Below are positions 1 to 9,648 of a DNA stretch of 64,000 nt, one piece after another. The DNA is taken from IMG/VR virus record IMGVR_UViG_3300028666_000022, positions 248,001-312,000 of that record. The stretch is one strand, 5' to 3'. Below the pieces are notes generated by a model, which worked only from the letters and a program-made list of their open reading frames with translations, was not told the DNA's origin and did no database searches. Within the stretch, counting starts at the first letter, position 1. Every line of letters begins with the position of its first letter. A program made the translations under genes and the position numbers.

Positions 1-681
1 ATTTCCTCGATATAGTCTTGATGTTATTAAATTGCTATCAATAACAAATTCACTTTTACATATATTACAATAAAAATGCACAACACCATTATCACGTTTA
101 ATAAATTTTAATGTATCATCATTAATTCTGTTTAACATACGTTTTAGATTGAATTCATCTCCACTTAAAACTAATTGTTTTCTATTATCAATAACTGATT
201 GAATTTTCATTGGACTATCAACACCATAATTATTAAATAATGTATTATTAAATTTTTCTCTAATTTCCTTAGATTGTAAAGGACTTTCAACTCCATAATT
301 TTTAAGTGTAGTTTGCTTTTTCTTTTCTTTAACAGAATCTAATTGGTTATGGCTCTCAACACCATATTTATTCATATTACTATCTTTAATTTTTTCTTTA
401 TGTTCTTCTGAGGAATTTAAACAATTAATTGAACAATATTTACTATGTCCCTTATTAAGAGTATCGACAAATTTTACGTTATTACCACAATTTGGACATT
501 TAGGAACATCTTTTAAATCATTAATATAAAGATAAACTTTTTCTTTAAAAGGAATTGTTTTATCATTTGAATTTTCAATAATTGCAGTATATAACTCATT
601 ATGATTTTTACTAAGCCAATTTTCGGTTGTTTTAAATCCAGATTTATTGTCTTTTAAAAAGAAATCTTTTACATTTTCCAT
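1..681 (-). CDS. Zn-finger/KYGV-repeat homing-endonuclease-like protein, N-terminal part (runs off window start)
   Basis: Absent from the ORF track because it has no stop inside the window. Hand translation from ATG 681 gives MENVKDFFLKDNKSGFKTTENWL...PKCPNCGNNVKF...KYCSINC...KYGVESHNQ...KNYGVESPLQ, open to base 1. Same Zn unit as ORFs 1957 and 29435. Confidence 0.75.
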   Translation of the reverse strand, partial: MENVKDFFLKDNKSGFKTTENWLSKNHNELYTAIIENSNDKTIPFKEKVYLYINDLKDVPKCPNCGNNVKFVDTLNKGHSKYCSINCLNSSEEHKEKIKDSNMNKYGVESHNQLDSVKEKKKQTTLKNYGVESPLQSKEIREKFNNTLFNNYGVDSPMKIQSVIDNRKQLVLSGDEFNLKRMLNRINDDTLKFIKRDNGVVHFYCNICKSEFVIDSNLITSRLYRGN

Positions 682-705
682 ATTATTTAAAATTTTTATT
701 ACAAA

Positions 706-1338
706 TTATTTTATGTTTAACCATGTCTTTCCAAGAATTATTGAAGATATTGTTGCTTGTGTTACATTGTATATTTTAGCTATTTTTGTTTGTGTAAAAT
801 TTTCCACAGTAAATAACTTTCTAATATTTATTATGTCATCAGATTTTAATTTCGACATTGGGTGTTTTTCACATGTAAAAATTCCTTTTCTACTTATAGA
901 AATTTTGTTTTTACTTTCTTCGGAGAGTTTATAATTAAATTTTGGATGTAAATTTCCTTTCTTACCATACATAGGATTTTTATCACCAGTTTTTTGATTA
1001 GAAGGAATTTTAGTATCTTTATTAAGATTTTTATTTATGTGAATTTCTTTTGGATCATTAATGTTATAACCAAAATTCTTATCAAATGAATTGTAATATA
1101 AAATATATTCCTTTTCTTTAGTTAATAAGTCATCAAGTTTACATTCTTCAACTATGAAAAATTCAAAAGCAGTTATAGTATATTTGTTCCAAGATAATTG
1201 TAGATGAGAGTTGTGATGTTTATTGTGATTTAAATACCATTTGTGATCACGCCATCTTTTACTTATATTGGTAGAACTACCAATATAAATTTTATTATTT
1301 ATTTTATTAACAATTATATAAATTCCAGTTATTATCAT
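706..1338 (-). CDS. GIY-YIG homing endonuclease with NUMOD3-like repeats and C-terminal HTH
   Basis: GIYIIVNKINNKIYIGSS, conserved Arg (KRW), KEKEYI Glu, FGYN, GDKNPMYGK/HPMSK motifs. Start moved to ATG 1338 (MIITGIY). Confidence 0.88.
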   Translation of the reverse strand: MIITGIYIIVNKINNKIYIGSSTNISKRWRDHKWYLNHNKHHNSHLQLSWNKYTITAFEFFIVEECKLDDLLTKEKEYILYYNSFDKNFGYNINDPKEIHINKNLNKDTKIPSNQKTGDKNPMYGKKGNLHPKFNYKLSEESKNKISISRKGIFTCEKHPMSKLKSDDIINIRKLFTVENFTQTKIAKIYNVTQATISSIILGKTWLNIK

Positions 1339-1401
1339 ACAATAAAAATTTAACCACAAATACAAATATTATATCTGTGGTTACTATAATTAAAATTAAT
1401 T

Positions 1402-1893
1402 TTACAAATTAAGAATGCATCGCCAAGGTTGTATCGTTAATTGAACTGTTTGAAGTGCATCATCTTCATAACTACTTTCTCCAAAATCAATTGCAACAAT
1501 TTGACATTGTTCAAGAAACCATTTTTCAACCTCAATACCAGTAGGATCTAATGCTTTAAGAAGGATATTTTTTGCATAACCAGATTTATAACCTTGCCTC
1601 CCAGTAAGGCTTTCAGCGTGTAATCGAACCCACTCCATTAATTGTTGTGATGTTGATGGACCAATAGGATCAAGAAATGTAATTTGCATTTCATCCCAAG
1701 TATATCTACCTGCAACATAATTCTGTTCATTCATAAATTGAATTGGAACTGAATTTATTTTCATTGAGGGTCTTTTAAATTTTTGTACTTTCCATACTTC
1801 GATCCCAAGTTCGTCAGCAAATTCTGCAAAGAATCTGTTTACTCTCTTAGGTTCAAAAGTCATGGGTATACCCCTGATTAATTCACCAGCCAT
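1402..1893 (-). CDS. gp19: Tail tube protein (T4 gp19-like)
   Basis: 163 aa; EPKRVNRF, YVAGRYTWDEMQITFLDP, EWVRL, LDPTG.EVEKWFLEQC pattern of myovirus tube proteins; nearest structural neighbour of the sheath gene. Confidence 0.85.
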   Translation of the reverse strand: MAGELIRGIPMTFEPKRVNRFFAEFADELGIEVWKVQKFKRPSMKINSVPIQFMNEQNYVAGRYTWDEMQITFLDPIGPSTSQQLMEWVRLHAESLTGRQGYKSGYAKNILLKALDPTGIEVEKWFLEQCQIVAIDFGESSYEDDALQTVQLTIQPWRCILNL

Positions 1894-1949
1894 AGTATTT
1901 ATATTAAAAATAAAGTTATCATTATAATCTTATGTTTAACATAAATACT
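1894..1949. promoter_or_regulatory. Divergent pair of candidate late-promoter motifs (AGTATTTATA on + at 1894-1903; AGTATTTATG on - at 1940-1949)
   Basis: The same motif recurs upstream of most structural genes in the window, in their sense orientation. Confidence 0.55.
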
Positions 1950-1956
1950 GAATATT

Positions 1957-3336
1957 TTGGAAAATGTAAATAAAAAAGAATTGATTGAATATTTTCTCAC
2001 AGATAATCAATGTGGTTATAAAACAAGAGAAAAACACATAATAAAAAAATTTAATGGTTTAATTGATTTAATTAATGATTATAATCAAAAATATTTTGAT
2101 GATGAATTACCATTTACACAAAAATTATATGATTACTTATATGAAATTACAGAAATTCCTAAATGTAAAAATTGTGGTAATTTAATAAAATGGAGAGGTG
2201 TTTTTACTGAAGGATATTTAAAATATTGTTCTAAAAAATGTAGAAATGAAGTAATGCCAAAAATAATGAATGAAGCAATAGTTGAATTATATGGAGTTAA
2301 AAATATTTTTCAATTAGATAAATTTAAAAATGAAAGGTGGAATACAGGAAATAATAAAATAATTGAACATTTTAAGTTAAGTGGTTTTGAAGTAATCGAA
2401 AGCAATAAGAAAACATTAAAAATTAAACACCCAGATGGTCATATTTTTGAAGGAAACAGAAAAATACTAATAAATAGATTAAATCGAGGTATTGAAGTTT
2501 CTACTAAAATATTACCTATTGGCTCAACATTTTCTACAATAGAACTTGAAATTAGAAATTTTATTAATACACTAAACATTCAACATTCGTTAAGCGATAG
2601 AAAAATATTAAGTGGTAAAGAATTAGATATTTATTTTCAAAATAATAAATTAGCAATTGAATTTGATGGTTTATATTGGCACTCCGAAAATTTTCTTCCA
2701 AACGATTATCATTTAAATAAAACTGAACAATGTGAAAAACAAGAAATTGAATTATTGCACATATTTGAAGATGAATGGTTATGTAAAGAAAAGATTGTAA
2801 AATCGATAATAAAATCTAAGTTAAATATATTTGACACAACAATAGATGGTAATAAATGTTCAATTAAAGAAATTGATGAGATAGAATGTAATAAATTTCT
2901 AAGTAATAACCATATATTTAATTCTATTGAAAGTGATATTAGAATTGGTTTGTTTTATGATGATGAATTAATGTTGGTTATAACATTTAAAAATAATTCA
3001 AATAATGAATATGAAATATTAAGTAATTGCAATAAATTAAATACTAACATACTTAATAGTAACAATAAACTAATAGAATATTTTAAAGCTAAATATCAAC
3101 CATCTTCAATAACAATTTTAGTCGATAGAAGATATTCAAATGGAAATGAATATAAAGATCTTGGTTTTAATTTTATTAAGAATACTGAACCAATCTATTG
3201 GTATTTCGATAAAAATTCAATAATAAAATTTAGTCGTTTTAAAATAAAACCTGAAGATGAATCTACATTGGATAAAAGATTTCTAAAAATTTTTGATTGT
3301 GGTAGTATAAAATTTGAGTTAACCCTTAAAAAATAA
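1957..3336 (+). CDS. Hef-like homing endonuclease: Zn unit + PD-(D/E)xK (ELDIY...IEFDGLYWH) + GNAT-like C-terminal domain
   Basis: CKNCG...YCSKKC; HPDGHIFEGNRK core shared with ORF 8081-9568; DRRYS...GF...IFDCG tail. TTG start is supported by the (M)ENV N-terminus shared with the 681 paralogue. Confidence 0.75.
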   Translation: MENVNKKELIEYFLTDNQCGYKTREKHIIKKFNGLIDLINDYNQKYFDDELPFTQKLYDYLYEITEIPKCKNCGNLIKWRGVFTEGYLKYCSKKCRNEVMPKIMNEAIVELYGVKNIFQLDKFKNERWNTGNNKIIEHFKLSGFEVIESNKKTLKIKHPDGHIFEGNRKILINRLNRGIEVSTKILPIGSTFSTIELEIRNFINTLNIQHSLSDRKILSGKELDIYFQNNKLAIEFDGLYWHSENFLPNDYHLNKTEQCEKQEIELLHIFEDEWLCKEKIVKSIIKSKLNIFDTTIDGNKCSIKEIDEIECNKFLSNNHIFNSIESDIRIGLFYDDELMLVITFKNNSNNEYEILSNCNKLNTNILNSNNKLIEYFKAKYQPSSITILVDRRYSNGNEYKDLGFNFIKNTEPIYWYFDKNSIIKFSRFKIKPEDESTLDKRFLKIFDCGSIKFELTLKK

Positions 3337-3347
3337 TTCTATTTTTC

Positions 3348-3377
3348 TTGTAATTCTAAAATTTTATCTTATATTTG
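3348..3377 (+). promoter_or_regulatory. Bacteroidota housekeeping-sigma-type promoter
   Basis: TTG 3348-50, 19-nt spacer, TATATTTG 3370-77 (TAnnTTTG), upstream of the ligase. Confidence 0.65.
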
Positions 3378-3403
3378 CATAATTAACTTAAAAGATTTTA
3401 ATT

Positions 3404-4783
3404 ATGAAACAACAAGAATTGATTGTAAAGATCCTCACCACATTGAAAGAAATAGAATTATGTACTGGTGAAGGTTCAGTAAAGAAGAAAGCAAATCTAC
3501 TAAATGATTGCAACACTCTTATATCTCAAGACGATTCTAATTTACTAAAATTTATTTTATCTACGGCATTTAATCCTTTCTGGGTAACTCATATAAATAA
3601 GATTGATAAAACAGAAAATAAATATTTCAATGATTATGATTTTTATACTCTCGTTGAAATGTTAAAATCTCTTAAAGCAATGAATAATGATCTTCGTTAT
3701 GTTGTTACTGCTTATGTTAACAGTTTTCCTTTAGAAGTAAGAGATATACTTTCAAAAGTTTTAACAAAAAATTTAAATATTGGAATATCTACAAAGGCAA
3801 TTAATTCTGTTTTTTCTAAACTAATTCCAGACGTAGAGTTAATGAAATGTGAAAAGAAAATTTCTCTTGTTGAAGAATGGTTTAGAAAGGGAGAGGATGT
3901 ATTTGCTGAAATGAAATATGATGGTTGGAGAATTTTTGCTGAAATGAAGGGTACTGAAGTAGTTTCATTGAAAACATATAATATGAGTGAGTTAGATATT
4001 ACAAAAATGACACATATTGTTCCACAGCTTGAATTATTGGGAGCTTCTTGGATGAAAACTGTAAATGTTGAACATTATTTCTTTGACTTTGAAATCACTG
4101 GAAAAGAAAGACAAACTGTAGGTGGAGAAATCGGAAAACTTCTTAAAGGAACTGCAAAAGAAGGTTGTGATAAGAATTGGGTAGTGAATTTATTTGATTG
4201 CCATTCTTGGGATATTTTTGAAGACGTACCAAGTAAAATATCATATTTAAATAGAAGGTCTATATTAGAAATTGTATTTAATTCAACATCAGAAATGCCT
4301 AATCTTCAAATTTCTGAACGTTGGAAAGTTAATTCAATGGAAGAATTAAACACTTTATTTGCTAATGTATTAGAACAAGGTTGTGAAGGTCTTGTTGTTA
4401 AAGTAGGTTCAGGAGTTTATGAACTAAAATATTCTAACTTTTGGGTTAAAATGAAAAGTGAAAAAGAATGTGATCTTAGAATTATTGGTTGGTTTAAGGG
4501 TAAAACTGGAACAAAACGTGAAAAAACTATTGGTGGGTTTGTTTGTGAATCTGAAGATGGTAAATTAAATGTAGATCCGGGTTCTGGGTTTTCGGATAAA
4601 TTATTAGCTGAAATAATAGAAAATGGTGTAGATTCATATATTGGAAAAATTGTTGAAGTAAAATATAATACTATAATTTCAAAAAAAGATAGTGATATTA
4701 AATCTTTATTTCTTCCTAGATTTAAAAGATTTAGATTTGATAAGAATTATGCAGATACTTTAGAAAGAATATTAAGTAAATAA
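3404..4783 (+). CDS. lig: ATP-dependent DNA ligase
   Basis: Motif I EMKYDGWR, FFDFEI, NLFD, EGLVVK, WVKMK and OB-fold SLFLPRF. Confidence 0.93.
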   Translation: MKQQELIVKILTTLKEIELCTGEGSVKKKANLLNDCNTLISQDDSNLLKFILSTAFNPFWVTHINKIDKTENKYFNDYDFYTLVEMLKSLKAMNNDLRYVVTAYVNSFPLEVRDILSKVLTKNLNIGISTKAINSVFSKLIPDVELMKCEKKISLVEEWFRKGEDVFAEMKYDGWRIFAEMKGTEVVSLKTYNMSELDITKMTHIVPQLELLGASWMKTVNVEHYFFDFEITGKERQTVGGEIGKLLKGTAKEGCDKNWVVNLFDCHSWDIFEDVPSKISYLNRRSILEIVFNSTSEMPNLQISERWKVNSMEELNTLFANVLEQGCEGLVVKVGSGVYELKYSNFWVKMKSEKECDLRIIGWFKGKTGTKREKTIGGFVCESEDGKLNVDPGSGFSDKLLAEIIENGVDSYIGKIVEVKYNTIISKKDSDIKSLFLPRFKRFRFDKNYADTLERILSK

Positions 4784-4793
4784 AATAGTAATC

Positions 4794-4955
4794 ATGAGAC
4801 AAGAAGGTTTTTATTGGGTAAAAGGTTATAAATGGTCGGAAAATCCTAGATGGTTTATAGCAGAATGGACGTTAGGTAGTTGGTGGTGTCATGGTGATGA
4901 TTACGATGATGATAGTATGTTAAAAATTGATGAAACACAAATAATTAGAGATTAA
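4794..4955 (+). CDS. Small Trp-rich hypothetical protein (53 aa, below track cut-off)
   Basis: Hand translation MRQEGFYWVKG...QIIRD*, filling the gap after the ligase. Confidence 0.55.
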   Translation: MRQEGFYWVKGYKWSENPRWFIAEWTLGSWWCHGDDYDDDSMLKIDETQIIRD

Positions 4956-4969
4956 TTAATAATATTTTT

Positions 4970-5206
4970 ATGAAAGATTTTTATGTTGAATCCTCAGTTA
5001 AATACACCAATCCTAATGACGGCAAACCATTTAATGATACTGAATTTTATACATCTATAATTCAGGCAAATTCATTAAAAATTGCTGAAAATATAGCGAA
5101 AGAAGATGTTTTGAAAATATTTAATGAAGAAATTAATGATGAATTTGAAAACATTTATGTCGAAATAATACAGAGTTATGAGACTTCCGATGATGCTCGT
5201 TCTTAA
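4970..5206 (+). CDS. Hypothetical protein
   Basis: ORF track; co-directional, tightly packed; no motif recognised. Confidence 0.6.
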   Translation: MKDFYVESSVKYTNPNDGKPFNDTEFYTSIIQANSLKIAENIAKEDVLKIFNEEINDEFENIYVEIIQSYETSDDARS

Positions 5207-5232
5207 AATAATTTTTAAATAATAAATATTTT

Positions 5233-5508
5233 ATGATTAAAAAGGGTGATAGATTACTTGTATGGTCATTACAATCTTTCTCAAATGGTGGATTTTTAAA
5301 AGGTGAACCAGCTTTTGCACGGCAAAGTAGCAATGGAGATAGTGTTATTCTTTGTGTAATTAGAAACTTTAATGGAGAATATAAGATAGATGAAAGTTAT
5401 GAAGTTTATATAAAACAAGTTGAAAGTGTGACAAAGGATAATTGGAATGCAGAAAAGAAATTAAAAAAATTTAGAAAAGTTATAATATTAAATAATGCAA
5501 TTTCATGA
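5233..5508 (+). CDS. Hypothetical protein
   Basis: ORF track; co-directional packing. Confidence 0.6.
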   Translation: MIKKGDRLLVWSLQSFSNGGFLKGEPAFARQSSNGDSVILCVIRNFNGEYKIDESYEVYIKQVESVTKDNWNAEKKLKKFRKVIILNNAIS

Positions 5509-5535
5509 AATTATTAATAAAATAAAAATTAAGTA

Positions 5536-5733
5536 ATGGATTTGAACGTAAATACAGATAAAAGAATTACTGAAACCCAAAATATTTCAGTAATACCAGC
5601 AATGTTAGATACATTATGGAATATTTTTGAGAAATTGGATATAAATTTACCAATTCATTCGATGGAAGCACGAATAAAATTTGATGGTGCTATTATTTAT
5701 TGGTTAAAATTTATATCTGAAAATAATGAATAA
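5536..5733 (+). CDS. Hypothetical protein
   Basis: ORF track; co-directional packing. Confidence 0.5.
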   Translation: MDLNVNTDKRITETQNISVIPAMLDTLWNIFEKLDINLPIHSMEARIKFDGAIIYWLKFISENNE

Positions 5734-5753
5734 TTTAAATTCACACTTATATC

Positions 5754-5879
5754 ATGTTAACAGAATTATTAAAAAAAGAATGTGTTTGTCATACGTGCAA
5801 ACCTATTTCAACAGATGAATTTGGTAGAAAATATTTTATATGTGATAACTGTGGTAAAATAGTTTATATTAAATTTTAA
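5754..5879 (+). CDS. Small Zn-ribbon protein (41 aa)
   Basis: Hand translation MLTELLKKECVCHTCK...CDNCGKIVYIKF*, two CxxC pairs. Confidence 0.5.
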   Translation: MLTELLKKECVCHTCKPISTDEFGRKYFICDNCGKIVYIKF

Positions 5880-5889
5880 TTTTAAATAA

Positions 5890-6426
5890 ATGGCATATAG
5901 TAAAGAAAAATTAAAACCAAGTAATAATTTAGTAGAATTATTATCACCAATTGTTTTTAAAAATGTTAGAAGTACTTCTGAACATAAAACTAGTAGAGTA
6001 AGACAATGTTATGCATGTGGTAATAAAATAAATAAAAACGATAATTATATTAATCATCAATTTAAATATGATGGTAGAATAATTACAATATCTTTTTGTG
6101 TTGATTGTTTTAATGAAAATCAATTATTACCTAATGGAGATGAATTAATTACAAAAATTCATTTTGTTTCAAAAAACGAAAAAATTACTGTCATTAATAA
6201 GTATTCTATGAATAAAATAGATGATTTTATGAAAGAATTTCCTAGAAGAAATAAGTTGTATGAATGTACTCCTTCTGAACTAGCAATTTCTAAAGCAATA
6301 GAAGAAGTAGAAAAAATTGGTGCTCATGTTAAATTAACTGAAGTAATTATTAAATTAATTGAAGCAAGAGAATTAGTAAGTGATTTTACTGATGATACTT
6401 TAAAATTATGGAAAAGTTTAGAATAG
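5890..6426 (+). CDS. Hypothetical protein with CxxC...CxxC Zn-binding N-terminal half
   Basis: CYACG...CVDC; the second half (from MNKIDDF) may be a fused separate domain. Confidence 0.6.
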   Translation: MAYSKEKLKPSNNLVELLSPIVFKNVRSTSEHKTSRVRQCYACGNKINKNDNYINHQFKYDGRIITISFCVDCFNENQLLPNGDELITKIHFVSKNEKITVINKYSMNKIDDFMKEFPRRNKLYECTPSELAISKAIEEVEKIGAHVKLTEVIIKLIEARELVSDFTDDTLKLWKSLE

Positions 6427-6860
6427 TAGTAATTGAAACAACTAATGGTAAAGGTGAAACTAAAACCAGTTATAAGATTCAAAAAAAATTCTTATTTTGG
6501 TTTTTTGATTATAATATAATAACCCATTATTATACTAATACAAATTGGAATGCAATAAATGAGCCTACTCATATGGTATTTTTAACTAAAAGAATATTTA
6601 TTTTTAATACAATAACAAAAGCAACAGAATATTTAAATAAAATTCAAAATTCCTTTATTGAACAATATGATGGAGATAAGATAATCAGAGTTTTTGATGA
6701 TTATAATTGGACTGACACCTATATTAATAAAAGCTATTGGAGCATTGAAATAGATAGGCTTGGAATTAGTATAGGATATGAATATTCAAACAATCTTTCA
6801 AGTTTAAAAGAAATGATAGATGTTAGAAAAACTAAAACAAAAATTAATGTTGTAATATAA
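6408..6860 (+). CDS. Hypothetical protein
   Basis: ORF track; overlaps the upstream stop. Confidence 0.6.
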   Translation: MEKFRIVVIETTNGKGETKTSYKIQKKFLFWFFDYNIITHYYTNTNWNAINEPTHMVFLTKRIFIFNTITKATEYLNKIQNSFIEQYDGDKIIRVFDDYNWTDTYINKSYWSIEIDRLGISIGYEYSNNLSSLKEMIDVRKTKTKINVVI

Positions 6861-6899
6861 ATTTAAAAACTGTATATTTTTAATTAAAAATTAAATAAA

Positions 6900-7259
6900 A
6901 TGAAAAACAAAACTTTGATTACCCACTTAACCCGGCTTTGCTTATGTGCATTATTAGCGGGCGTTTGTTTTAGTTCATTTGGACAAAAGAAGATGTTTAT
7001 TGAATGTTATAATAACTTTGAAAATAAAAGAGTTTGTGATACGACTTATGAATATTTCCGTTCAGACACTTCTGTAATTCATATTATATACGCAGATAGT
7101 TTAGATATTATGAAATATTCAAAAGCAATAAAAGTGATTAGTGGTTATGGATATGAAGGATATTTTGATTTAGAAAATAACGTTCAAATTTTTATCCGAT
7201 ATAAAAATAAATGGCTTGAAATAAATAGAAGGCGTATTTGGAAAATTCAAACCGATTAA
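6900..7259 (+). CDS. Hypothetical exported protein (signal-peptide-like N-terminus)
   Basis: MKNK + hydrophobic LCLCALLAGVCFSSFG-Q. Confidence 0.55.
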   Translation: MKNKTLITHLTRLCLCALLAGVCFSSFGQKKMFIECYNNFENKRVCDTTYEYFRSDTSVIHIIYADSLDIMKYSKAIKVISGYGYEGYFDLENNVQIFIRYKNKWLEINRRRIWKIQTD

Positions 7260-7331
7260 TATTATTGGATACGAAATGTCCAATAACTTTTATATATAAG
7301 ATTTATTAAATAATAACAAAAAAACATTAAA

Positions 7332-7652
7332 ATGGAAAAAATAGATTTAAGGCGAGAATATATCGCAAAATTAAAAAAAGAAGGAGAAGTTAATGTACCA
7401 GAAGAATATTATTTAACTCGAAATCAGAACTATTCTGAATGGCTTGAACTAAAATTACTAATTGAAGTTGAATCAAAAAAAGGTTTGTTTGTAACAGATA
7501 AACAACCCGAAACTTTATTTAGGAATATTTTCGTTGACTTAATTGAAGAAATTGATATGGATGGAGAAAAAACGTTTTCACCTGTTGATTTTGAATATTA
7601 TGAAGAATATTTCAAAAGAGGAATAAAGTTATTAATGTGGCAAATTCATTAA
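7332..7652 (+). CDS. Hypothetical protein
   Basis: ORF track. Confidence 0.55.
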   Translation: MEKIDLRREYIAKLKKEGEVNVPEEYYLTRNQNYSEWLELKLLIEVESKKGLFVTDKQPETLFRNIFVDLIEEIDMDGEKTFSPVDFEYYEEYFKRGIKLLMWQIH

Positions 7653-7664
7653 ATACACATAGAA

Positions 7665-8003
7665 ATGATTGGATTTGCATTACCTTGGATTTATGCACAC
7701 TTAATTGGGGATTATTTACTGCAAAATGATTGGATAGCATTAAACAAGAAGAAAAATAGTTGGATTTGCTTGGTTCATATATTAATTTATATGATACCAT
7801 TCTTATTCACAAGTATTAACTCTATTGGATTGCTATTAATAGCAGCACAGCACTACATACAAGACCGAACATATATAATTGCATGGTTTTGTAGAGTTAC
7901 AGGAAAATTTCAACCTGAAATAAGTAAATTTTGGGGACATGTAATAGTTGATAATGTGGTTCATATTCTGTGGATGGCTTCGGTAGCTTATTATTGCCAA
8001 TAA
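7665..8003 (+). CDS. DUF3307-like membrane protein
   Basis: HLIGDYLLQ...H...HYIQD...DNVVHI His/Asp pattern with hydrophobic helices. Confidence 0.65.
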   Translation: MIGFALPWIYAHLIGDYLLQNDWIALNKKKNSWICLVHILIYMIPFLFTSINSIGLLLIAAQHYIQDRTYIIAWFCRVTGKFQPEISKFWGHVIVDNVVHILWMASVAYYCQ

Positions 8004-8080
8004 TTATTTGTATATTAAAACATGTAATAAAAACATTCTAATTTATATTTTCCAGTTACCTAGCTTTCCTCAGTAAAGAA

Positions 8081-9568
8081 TTATTTACAATCATCCTTCC
8101 ATATACTTTTCCCACAATCAAATATTTTATAATATTTTTTATCTTTACCTATTAGTTCCTTATTTATTCTTCTTTTCTTAACAACATATTTATAGTCGGG
8201 TTTAATATGTTTAATAAATCTAAAACCTAATTTAAGATATTGATTATCTTTAGAATATCTTCTATCATCGAAAGCAATTATTGAAGTTGATACATAGTTT
8301 GACTTAAAGTATTGATATAATTCAATTAGTTTATCTTCGTGATTTTCATTAAGTTTATCAGAAAAATATTGTAATTCATATTCATCATTTTCTATTGATT
8401 TAAAACACATAAGAGAAACTAAATCAGTATTATAGAATAGACCAATTCTAACATCACTTTTAATAGAATCACATAAAGAATTATTATATAGAAAATTATT
8501 TGCATCTATTTCACTAATAGGTTTAATATAGTAATTATTAATATTAGTGTTTTTAGTATTAAGATTCAATTTAGTTCTTATAATATTCTCGATTATTTCA
8601 TATTTTTCAATTAGTTCATCTTCAAAAAAATGTAATAATTCAATTCCTTTCTTTAAGCATTGTTCGGTTTTATTTAGATGATATTTTTTATCATGATATT
8701 TTTCACAGTGCCAATATAAACCATTAATTTCAATAGCTATTTTATATTTAGGAATGTAAATATCTAACTCACCCTTAATTGTTCTTCTATCGTTGGAAAT
8801 ATATTTAATATTATTTTCTTTTAAGAAATTACATATTTTTATTTCAAATGTAGTTCTAGGTGATCCTATTGGTAATAAAACAGTTGATATTTCAGTACCA
8901 TGATTTAATCTACTATTTAATAATTTTCTGTTGCCTTCAAATATATGACCATCTGGATGTTGAATTTTGAGATATTTATTATTAAACTCCAATATTATAT
9001 AACCCTTTTCTTTAAATTTTTCAACTAATACCTTATCTCTTTTTTGTTTTAATTTTAAATTATTATTTTCTACTACTTTCTTCCCTTTTTCACTTTTATA
9101 TGTTTTTCTAAGATTTATAAGTGCTTTTTCTCTTAATGAATCTACTTGAAAAGTGCTTTCTACACCATATTTCTTAAGATTAGCTTCTTTTGTTTTATTA
9201 ATTCTTGATTTTATATTTTCGGGTTTGGCTTGCCAAGATTTTCTACATTTTTCTGAACAGAATTTTCTTTTATGTTTTACTCTTTCTGAAAATACTTTAC
9301 CACAAACTAAACAAGTTCTTTTTTCTTTGGATTTATTTGTTCTCATTTTACCTGCACATTTATATGAGCAGCATTTTTTATCGTCTTTCTTTTTGGATGT
9401 AAATAATTTATTACAACATTCACAATGTTTTTCTATATAAAATATTTTATCTTTTTCTTTTCTGTGCTCAAGTTTACATTTTTTACAACAAAATAATTTT
9501 TCTCTTCCTTTAATTACAGTGAATGATTTATTACACTGTTGACAAACTAATTTAATTATTGTTGCCAT
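8081..9568 (-). CDS. Hef-like homing endonuclease: three short CxxC...CSxxC units + KYGV repeat + PD-(D/E)xK + GNAT-like domain
   Basis: Start moved to ATG 9568 (MATIIKLVCQQC); ELDIYIP...IEINGLYWH; paralogue of 1957-3336. Confidence 0.78.
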   Translation of the reverse strand: MATIIKLVCQQCNKSFTVIKGREKLFCCKKCKLEHRKEKDKIFYIEKHCECCNKLFTSKKKDDKKCCSYKCAGKMRTNKSKEKRTCLVCGKVFSERVKHKRKFCSEKCRKSWQAKPENIKSRINKTKEANLKKYGVESTFQVDSLREKALINLRKTYKSEKGKKVVENNNLKLKQKRDKVLVEKFKEKGYIILEFNNKYLKIQHPDGHIFEGNRKLLNSRLNHGTEISTVLLPIGSPRTTFEIKICNFLKENNIKYISNDRRTIKGELDIYIPKYKIAIEINGLYWHCEKYHDKKYHLNKTEQCLKKGIELLHFFEDELIEKYEIIENIIRTKLNLNTKNTNINNYYIKPISEIDANNFLYNNSLCDSIKSDVRIGLFYNTDLVSLMCFKSIENDEYELQYFSDKLNENHEDKLIELYQYFKSNYVSTSIIAFDDRRYSKDNQYLKLGFRFIKHIKPDYKYVVKKRRINKELIGKDKKYYKIFDCGKSIWKDDCK

Positions 9569-9598
9569 AATATGTTTAACATAAATAATACGAAATAA

Positions 9599-9627
9599 AA
9601 AAGCCACTAGATTATTTAGTGGCTTTT
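9599..9627. terminator. Intrinsic terminator after tail sheath (potentially bidirectional)
   Basis: Perfect 11-bp inverted repeat AAAAGCCACTA / TAGTGGCTTTT with 7-nt loop. Confidence 0.8.
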
Positions 9628-9648
9628 AAATTGCTGTGAATTACTATA

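Noticed and set aside
647-934. Track ORF 647-934 (+) and similar shadows (5133-5333, 7612-7800, 9153-9440, 9205-9402, 11573-11782, 17537-17734, 17807-18025)
   Set aside because: Antisense or alternate-frame overlaps of better-supported genes, with biased composition typical of shadow ORFs.
1957-9568. Treating the paired nucleases as a classical composite transposon or IS
   Set aside because: No transposase (DDE, HUH, serine or tyrosine recombinase) motif and no terminal inverted repeats at DNA level.
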